64,000 bases of DNA, taken from contig OX597840.1 of the NCBI GenBank assembly GCA_951406725.2, positions 32,178,001 to 32,242,000 on the forward strand. Direction: 5' to 3'. How positions within the stretch are numbered: the first letter of the stretch is position 1; each line of letters begins with the position of its first letter. Below the pieces are notes generated by a model, which worked only from the letters and a program-made list of their open reading frames with translations, was not told the origin of the DNA and did not search any database. The DNA is from Octopus vulgaris (Eukaryota). Below, one piece after another: positions 54,066 through 64,000 of the stretch. The translations under genes were made by a program, and so were the position numbers.

Positions 54066-54111
<46 letters not shown>

Positions 54112-54162
54112 GTAATAATAATAATAATAATGATGATGATGATGATGATGATGATGACGATG

Positions 54163-54250
<88 letters not shown>

Positions 54251-54276
54251 TAATAATAATAATAATAATAATAATG

Positions 54277-54337
<61 letters not shown>

Positions 54338-54340
54338 TAA
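53913..54340. repeat. (AAT)n/(GAT)n microsatellite
   Basis: direct reading. Confidence 0.95.
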
Positions 54341-54600
54341 TTATCTCTGCAGATGGTTTGAGAATCTGTGGAATTTAATGATAATATATATGCTCTCTCG
54401 TACGGATGTAGTCTTAGGAGACTAGTAAAAGGCCATGGGGATTGCACTTCCTTCCTCATTAAACGATATGAAAAGACATTGCATGTCTTCGACTTTGAAT
54501 CTTTTTGGAATAAGTTGGCCTGGTTTAAATAACAATATGAACAACAATAACAGTAACAACAACATGGTCTTTTGTAGCAGAAGTAAAAGAAAAATCTGCA

Positions 54601-54763
54601 TAGGAGATGGCTGTGTGGTAAGTAGCTTGTTTACCAACCACATGATTCCGGGTTCAGTCCCACTGTGTGGCACCTTGGGCAAGTGTCTTCTACTATAGCC
54701 TCGGGCCGACCAATGCCTTGTGAGTGGATTTGGTAGACGGAAACTGAAAAGAAGCCTGTCATA

Positions 54764-54828
<65 letters not shown>

Positions 54829-55079
54829 CTATGTGTGTGTGTGTTTGTGTGTGTGTTTGTCCCCTAGCATTGCTTGACAACCGATGCTGGTGTGTTTATG
54901 TCCCCGTTACTTAGCGGTTCGGCAAAAAGAGACCGATAGAATAAGTACTGGGCTTACAAAAAGAATAAGTCCCGGGGTCGATTTGCTCGACTAAAGGCGG
55001 TACTCCAGCATGGCCGCAGTCAAATGACTGAAACAAGTAAAAGAGTAAAAGAGTAAAAGAGTTAAAAGAGTATAAAAGA
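54601..55079 (+). mobile_element. SINE A
   Basis: match to family consensus. Confidence 0.92.
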
Positions 55080-55295
55080 AATGGTAAAATTCTCGAGAAT
55101 GAATTAATTAAAATTTATTATACGGGTGTAATTAACGGCAAAAACATGATCTATCAGACGTCTAAAACTGCTGCGTCAGTGTAATCGTTAAAGATTTCGT
55201 GTGACCGAATATTAGGCATTGGGATTAAATTGCAGCACATTGAATTTAATGGATTAATTGAATTTGTCAATACTTTGCATGTTTTTACTTCTATC

Positions 55296-55391
<96 letters not shown>

Positions 55392-55392
<1 letters not shown>

Positions 55393-55793
55393 GTCATTTA
55401 CTTTTAATCTGCATGTTTGATGCAATCACTTGCCGGGGCACACCCAGCGCCCTAGGGCAAGTGAAGGTTAAGAGTTGTTGAAATATAGTTGAAAGCTTGG
55501 AGAGGGGAAATAGAGATATATCTCCATGTAATGGAAACACAAACATTTACATTGATAAGGTTTTTCTAAGGATGTGGGCAGTACTTGTTAGCACAATCTT
55601 TTGGATTTCCTTGAGACATGATTCTCCAGGGATATTGTCTAGGTGTTTCTGACATATCTTTTTTATCATACCTAGGGCACCTACAATAACAGGAACAGTT
55701 TTTGTTTTAAGATTCCACATCTTTTGTATTTCGATTTCCAGGTCCTTATATTTACTCTTTTGTATTTCGATTTCCAGGTCCTTATATTTACTA
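55392..55793 (-). mobile_element. R4/Dong-clade LINE 3' end no.1 in (TAA)n
   Basis: KYKDLEIEIQKMWNLKTKTVPVIVGALGMI..IQKIVLTSTAHILRKTLSM*. Confidence 0.88.
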
Positions 55794-55811
55794 TTATTAT
55801 TATTATTATTA

Positions 55812-55859
<48 letters not shown>

Positions 55860-55862
<3 letters not shown>

Positions 55863-56306
55863 GTTTGACTTTTGCTTTATGTCTGTACAAGTTGGCTCCA
55901 AGTCTCACCCAGAGACCTCAAGAGACAACAGGTTGGAAGTTCACGTTGTTGTTATGCCTAGTGTGCCATATATTTGTTTTTTTTTAATTTTTGGTGTTGT
56001 ACTAGTGAATGTCTAATACATAAATTTTAAAAAAAGTTTGTTTTAAACCTTGGCATTACATAGAGAGTATTTTGCGTAGGATATGAGCAGTTCCCATGAG
56101 CACTATCTTTTGAATTTCTGCCATTTCTGAGTTAGGTAGCAATCAGCCCCTTTCGCTATCATTCCCAGGGCACCTATGACAACAGGTATTGTTTTAGTCT
56201 TCAGCTTCCACATTCTGCTGATTTCTATTTCAAGATCTTTATATTTGCTCAGTTTTTGGTAGGTCTTGACAGATACGTTTATATCGATTGGGACAGTCAT
56301 ATCAAT

Positions 56307-56308
<2 letters not shown>
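55860..56308 (-). mobile_element. R4/Dong-clade LINE 3' end no.2
   Basis: IDMTVPIDINVSVKTYQKLSKYKDLEIEISRMW..PVVIGALG. Confidence 0.88.
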
Positions 56309-56350
<42 letters not shown>

Positions 56351-56396
56351 TTTTTTTTTTTTTTTATTATTATCATTATTATTATTATGATTATGA

Positions 56397-56447
<51 letters not shown>

Positions 56448-56529
56448 TTATTATTTTTAATATTTTTATTATTATTATGATTATCATTATTATTACTATT
56501 ATTATTATTATTATTATTGTTGTTGTTGT

Positions 56530-56720
56530 TGCCTTTGCACAGCTTCTAACGCTAAAGATGTACTACGGTGTCAGCTGTTCACTACCAGTGAACTAAGGTA
56601 ACACCTCTTATTTTCCGAGCACTTTCCGGAATATTCGTGCGGTTCCAAGCAGTGCTGTTTTCTGCAAGTGCTCCACCTTTATTGCAGTCCCTATTTGTTC
56701 CATGTACTTCTCAAGATTTA
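56530..56720 (-). mobile_element. R4/Dong-clade LINE 3' end no.3
   Basis: NLEKYMEQIGTAIKVEHLQKTALLGTARIFRKVLGK*. Confidence 0.82.
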
Positions 56721-56721
56721 T

Positions 56722-58537
<1,816 letters not shown>

Positions 58538-59830
58538 TTTTCCTTCGTAACACAGTGTAGGTAAAAGTGCACTGGAGTCTTTAATCATCTCTCAAGTCAC
58601 AACAAGGTCTTCAGACATATAATACTTCCCTTAAGATGTGTGCTGTGCCCAATAAGGCTGCTTTTTGAAAGACATCAATCTTGCATGGGATTTCCAGTTG
58701 CCTGAAGAATTCTTCAAGTTTCAATGGGATTGAGTCCAACGCTCCGATCACGATTGGTATCACTTTTACATTACCCTCTGGCATTTCATACAGTCTTGCC
58801 ATTTCTACTCTCAATTCGGAGCACTTTGTGATTTCTTTCAACCTCTTTACTCACAACATTCATGTCATTTGGTATGGCTACATCAATGATATGACAGTAT
58901 TTGTCTCTCTTATTCAATATGACAATATCCTGCAGGCGCTGTTCAATTACACGATCCGTCTGAAAATCATAGTCCCAGAATATCGTTATTTTCCATCCTC
59001 CTGCATAACTTTACTTGGTACGTGTTCATACCGGTTCCACATTCTGCTGATTTCTATTTCATATTGGTATTTACGACAATACTTCATATTGGTATTTACG
59101 GCATAAAAGCCAATGAAGATACACACACACTTTATTATAGTGGTGCTTGTATTCTCTTTGTACAAGGCTCTCACATCCACTTACCAAGTGGGTCACATTT
59201 TCCACACTCTTTCCACAGAGTTGGCATTTCTGGGTGTCAGAATTTTATAGATGTTATACTTCACTGACTTGGTAGTGAGTGCCTGGTCTTGTGCAGCAAT
59301 GATCAGGCTTTTGGTGGAACGCCTCAAATCACTTCGCTCAAGCCATGCCCAGGATGCTGTATAATCCTTAACGTCCTGTGTATTCCTTTCAAACTGTCCA
59401 TGAATTCTCATTTCAAGAAGGTCTTCTTTTCTCTTCTCCTCAGCTCTTTGGTTAAACTCTTCCTTGCTCATCATTTCCTCTGCATTTACACCCATATCTT
59501 TCACGGCATATTGCAGCAGATTTTCATCCCTGTTTATCAAATACTCAGGAAGCATTCTCCTTTCACTCCTTGCACAATGCTCTATACTAATTAGTACTCT
59601 TCTACCATTCTTTCTTTTCATATACAGTCTGTTGTTTACGTTTGCTTTAGGGTGTAATACCCCATGCAGCGTCATCGACTTTCTCTTCAGGGTTGATATT
59701 TCCTCCTTAGTCCATTTGAAGATGCACGCACTATATCTGACCACTGAAAATGCCCAGATATTCATTGCGGTAATCAAATGTCTTGCATTCAGGTTGAATT
59801 TCAACACCACCTTCACCCCTTTTTGATACG
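58538..59830 (-). mobile_element. R4/Dong-clade LINE no.4, degenerate RT C-terminus, zinc finger and restriction-like endonuclease
   Basis: LHPKANVNNRLYMKRKNGRR, IIAAQDQAL, VIPIVIGALD..QKAALLGTAHILR. Confidence 0.88.
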
Positions 59831-60811
59831 CCTAAAATTTTCCAGGGTGAGCTGAGCTCTGTTGAATGATAATTAGGTTATAGGATAAGTTGTGATGGAG
59901 GGATGTAGATAATTGTTATTTCTTAAATACGGGGCTGCCTTAGAATCCAAATAAAGCCCAAAACAGCTAAATGCAAGGATACATCTAACACTTTCTACCT
60001 ACCTACATTCTTTTGTGAACCTTTAAAAAACAACTCCATGACCCGAAGCTGATACACCTAAATAGACACACCTATTTACAAAGTTCTACATAGATGAATA
60101 TATTCTGAACAATAACAGAAGCCAAAATTTGATCGATGAAAGTTTACTACAACACCTCTCCAGCACAACTTACCCCACAACTTAATAATTCAACAGAGCC
60201 CAGTACACCCTCGAAAGTTTTACTTAACAAAGCAAAGATCAACTCATATGTATCACGCACTGATGATGACTTAGCTTGCCAAAACTTCGAAGATATTGTC
60301 AAAACTATTCTTGAGAAAAAATGATGCGTACGTGTGTGTTACAAAATTGATCGAAAAAAGAGTTTTAATGAAACGGAAAGGAAATCTTCTTTACCCAAAT
60401 AAATAAATAAAGAAAGAAATAAATCATCACATTTGATGACGAACAAGATACATTAGTTTCCACACAGTAAAAACCAGACAACAATACTTTGGAAAAGTAG
60501 GTGTTAAATCAAAATCTGATATTCAAAGAAGCAATGCTTACAAGAATCTTTTTTTTTTTTGTGGGGGTGTATTTGTGTGTGTAATATTTGTTTGTTATTT
60601 TCGTTTGCGTTTTCTGTAGCGAAATTGTTTTCTTCATACTTTTTTTATTCTCTTATTCCAACATTCGGTTTGCCATTCAATAAATTGAATGATTACGAGA
60701 CACGAACTTATTTCCTGTAAAAAGCCCAACCAAAGATTTGATGGTTTTTCCTACTTAAAGACGTTTGATTGTTTTTATTCTTTGAAACGTAGATAAAACT
60801 AAAGTTGACCA

Positions 60812-60853
<42 letters not shown>

Positions 60854-61113
60854 ACCTCTTTTGAGTTGAGAAAGGGCAGAGAGAAAGTAGTAGAAAAGGC
60901 AAGAAAGCTAGGGGGAAACAAGAAAGACACATAGAGACATAGAGAGAAACATTGAAAGAGGGGCACACCCTTTCCCTCTCCGTTCCCATGTCTCTCTTTC
61001 TATGTCTCCTTCTCTTTCATTCTATGTGCCCCTCTTTCAATGTTTCTCTCCATGTCTCTATGTGTCTTTCTATGAATTCGTATCTACGCCTTTCTCTCTC
61101 TCCCTCTCTCTTC

Positions 61114-61148
<35 letters not shown>

Positions 61149-61486
61149 CGTCTCCCTGTCTTTCTATCTATCTCAATCTAAGTGTCTCTTTGTGTATCTC
61201 TGTCTCTATTTCTCATCACGTTTCTCTCTTTCTCTCTATGTCTCCCTCCCTCTCTCCCCTCATCGCCTTCCCTCTCTATCTTTCTCTCACTCTCTCCGCT
61301 CTGAATCCCTTTGCAGTCAATTGTGCTGTTTTTATCCTGTCGGTTTCTATATGACAATTCATCATTAGTATAATCATCAAATGATTTTAATGCCTGGCCA
61401 TCTGGTACCTTTAAAAAACAACTCCATGACCCGAAGCTGATACACCTAAATAGACACACCTATTTACAAAGTTCTACAAAGTTCCC

Positions 61487-61592
61487 TGGTAAAGGGATGC
61501 CTTCACTGTCGACTACCTGTCCCATTTTCATGACTAAAATTGCACATTTTTCTAAGCCAAATTCCATGCCTATATCTTTGCTGAAGAGACTT
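61487..61592 (-). pseudogene. RT fragment, probably upstream part of Dong no.4
   Basis: SLFSKDIGMEFGLEKCAILVMKMGQVVDSEGI. Confidence 0.75.
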
Positions 61593-62064
61593 AGGCTCCA
61601 TTTCACACTTGACTCGGTTCAAACACCTGTAAATCAGAAACCACAATAAATTCAGAGCTGTAATTTGCCACTTACTCTAAAGAGATATAAATGATTGTAC
61701 ATGCAAAATTTCAGCTAGATCAAACAACTGCAAGTGGGTCAGAGGCATTACTTATTGAACGTCCCTCGTACAGTTTGTATAAAGGAAACTGACTAATTTT
61801 TTCTTTATTTATTTCTGATATGGTACCCTACCTTTGCCTTCCTTAATACTAAACTGATAGGGATCAAACAAAAGAAAAATATTAAAGGGGATAAGAAGTC
61901 TCCTTTGACAATTCCTCTCTTGATATTAAATTTCCCAAACATTATTTCTTCTGAGTAGGGATCTACTTTCCATTTCTTCATGCTTGAGCTAAAACTAATT
62001 AATTCTCATATGTTGTTTGCTATTATTATTATCCTTATCATTATCATTATTATTATTATTACTT

Positions 62065-62290
62065 TTTTTTTCTTCTTTCAAATTTGCTTCCATTTCTTGC
62101 CGAGTGTCTTCCTGACTCCTAGGGCAAAGAAACTCATAGTATACATTGGTAGGCCATTAAACCAAACTCAATACTTCGTTCATTTTTTTTTTTCAAGTTA
62201 AATTAAAATACATGAGCAGCAACAGTTCTCACATCGACAATGCTCTTCTCAATACGTGTGATGTACCAGTTAAGACAATCTTTTGCACTT
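62065..62290 (-). mobile_element. R4/Dong-clade LINE 3' end no.5
   Basis: VQKIVLTGTSHVLRRALSM*, flanked by TTA tracts. Confidence 0.8.
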
Positions 62291-62342
62291 ATTATTATTA
62301 TTATTAGTATTAGTATTATTATTATTATTATTATTATAATTT

Positions 62343-62446
<104 letters not shown>

Positions 62447-62852
62447 TTTATCATCATTATTACTATTATTATTATTATTATTATCATTATTATTATTATT
62501 ATAATTATAATAATAATTATTATTATTATTGTTATTATTATTATTATTATTACCTTTAGCCAGCACACAGGATCCCGAATGGCATCCGCAGATAGCTGTG
62601 GAGGTCATAACGTTGCCCGTGTTGCGTACGCTACAGGTCCTCAACAAGGAATATATTTTGTCGCCGGGCGACGCCGACACAGCACACACCTTGTGCTTGA
62701 ATGAGGCGTGGGTGATGGCGGAGGATGGGGGTCACACCCGATGCTGGGGAGGAATATGGATAAGAGGTTGAAACGCCTCAGTGTTATTGAAAGTTCCTAG
62801 TTTGGAAAAAAAATGGTAAGAGGCTTAGCGCCTCATATTTTTTTATTGAATA

Positions 62853-63236
62853 CTAGCAGTATCGCCCGGCGTTGCTCGGGTTTGTAAGGGAAATAACTAT
62901 AAAGCATTTTTAGAGAGTTATAGCCAAAAATTAGCAAAAAGATGGGGAAAAAATTATGGTAATTTTTTTTGAGAGTTAAAAATTTCGCATTGCGTCCCCT
63001 AGACAGTCTGTGGTTTGTGTTTCTGATTCTCGACCCCATGTCGAATTTATCGATTTTTTTTCAGAACTGGGGGAACTTTTCAAAATTTTCGCTGCGTTAG
63101 TTTTGAATTATGACATTGGGCTGTATGTGTGTCAAGTTTCATCAGAATCGGTTGAAAGCCGTGGTCAGGGTGAGGGTACAACCTAACAGACACACAGACA
63201 CACACACAGACAAACTGCCGTTTATATAGAGAGAGA
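62853..63236 (-). mobile_element. non-autonomous Helitron
   Basis: 5' TCTCTCTCTATATAAA, 3' hairpin plus CTAG, A/T target. Confidence 0.85.
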
Positions 63237-63409
63237 TTGTGAACAGTGTTATAGGTTTGTTGCCTCATGAATAATATAAGAGATCAATGTTCTCGGGAAA
63301 GAACGACCGGCAGGCGTCGCTTTTCCTCCCATTAATCATCATTTTCATTTTTCATTTCATATAACTTTATGTCTGTGTCCAGTCCGCAGCTTCCTATCTC
63401 TATGTGGAC

Positions 63410-63794
63410 GGAAGCACTCCGTCGGTTACCACGACGAGGGTTCCGGTTGATCCGAATCAACGGAACAGCCTGCTCGTGAAATCAACGTGTAAGTGGCTGA
63501 GCACTCCACAGACACGTGTACCCTTAACGTAGTTCTCGGGGATATTCAGCGTGACACAGAGAGTGACAAGGCCGGCCCTTTGAAATACAGGTACAACAGA
63601 AACAGGAAGTAAGAGTGAGAGAAAGTTGTGGTGAAAGAGTACAGCAGGGATCACCACCATCCCCTGCCGGAGCATGGTGGAGCTTTAGGTGTTTTCGCTC
63701 AATAAACACTCACAACGCCCGGTCTGGGAATCGAAACCGCGATTCTACGACCGCGAGACCGCTGCCCTAACCACTGGGCCATTGCGCCTCCACA
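63410..63794 (-). mobile_element. SINE B with TSD TATCTCTATGT
   Basis: duplication at 63395-63405 and 63795-63805. Confidence 0.92.
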
Positions 63795-63834
63795 TATCTC
63801 TATGTAAGGCCTTTATGGATGATATAATGAAATA

Positions 63835-63990
63835 AAGAAGCTCGTTTCCCAACCTTCCAACCACATGGCTCCGGGTTCAGTCCCACTGTGTGACATCTTG
63901 GGTAAGTGTCTTCTACAACAGTCTCGGGTCGACCAAGACCTTGTGAGTGGATTTTGGTCAACGGAAACTGAAAGATGCCCGTCGTATACA
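63835..63990 (+). mobile_element. SINE A beginning at the HAL1-like target site, diverged
   Basis: AAGAAGCTCGTTTCCCAAC..CCACATGGCTCCGGGTTCAGTCCC; A box absent. Confidence 0.85.
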
Positions 63991-64000
63991 CACACGCGTG

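Larger units (their letters stand above)
62553..63837 (+). mobile_element. divergent 5'-truncated HAL1-like copy interrupted by a Helitron and SINE B
   Basis: ORF end PEWHPQIAVEVITLPVL resembles PLWPPRVAAEVVTENIL; GAGG-n-CCTC hairpins; 3'UTR motifs; TGAAATAAAG joined to the SINE A head. Confidence 0.75.

Overview
AT-rich, microsatellite-saturated eukaryotic DNA with no confidently identifiable host gene. The tRNA-derived SINE families and the TA/CA/TCTA/TAA density suggest an octopus (cephalopod) intron or intergenic region; this is inference. Most of the supplied ORFs are microsatellite or SINE artefacts. Real content: three Tx1/L1-clade LINE copies ending in (TCTA)n; five R4/Dong-clade 3' ends in (TAA)n; RTE, CR1-like, mariner, pogo, Helitron and Penelope (GIY-YIG) remnants; and about 40 SINE copies in several modular families. 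Two things stand out. (1) An ORF1-only (HAL1-like) zinc-knuckle retroelement family has three divergent copies, all joined at the same nucleotide of the tRNA-like head of the commonest SINE, consistent with a SINE-targeting retroelement. (2) Several short non-coding elements, often folded back, carry type I hammerhead ribozyme motifs. These include a ~493-bp tandem-plus-inverted repeat with a canonical hammerhead (retrozyme-like) and variants with compensatory 3-8 pair swaps (C-G, G-C, U-A). All coordinates and folds were read by eye; boundaries are approximate.
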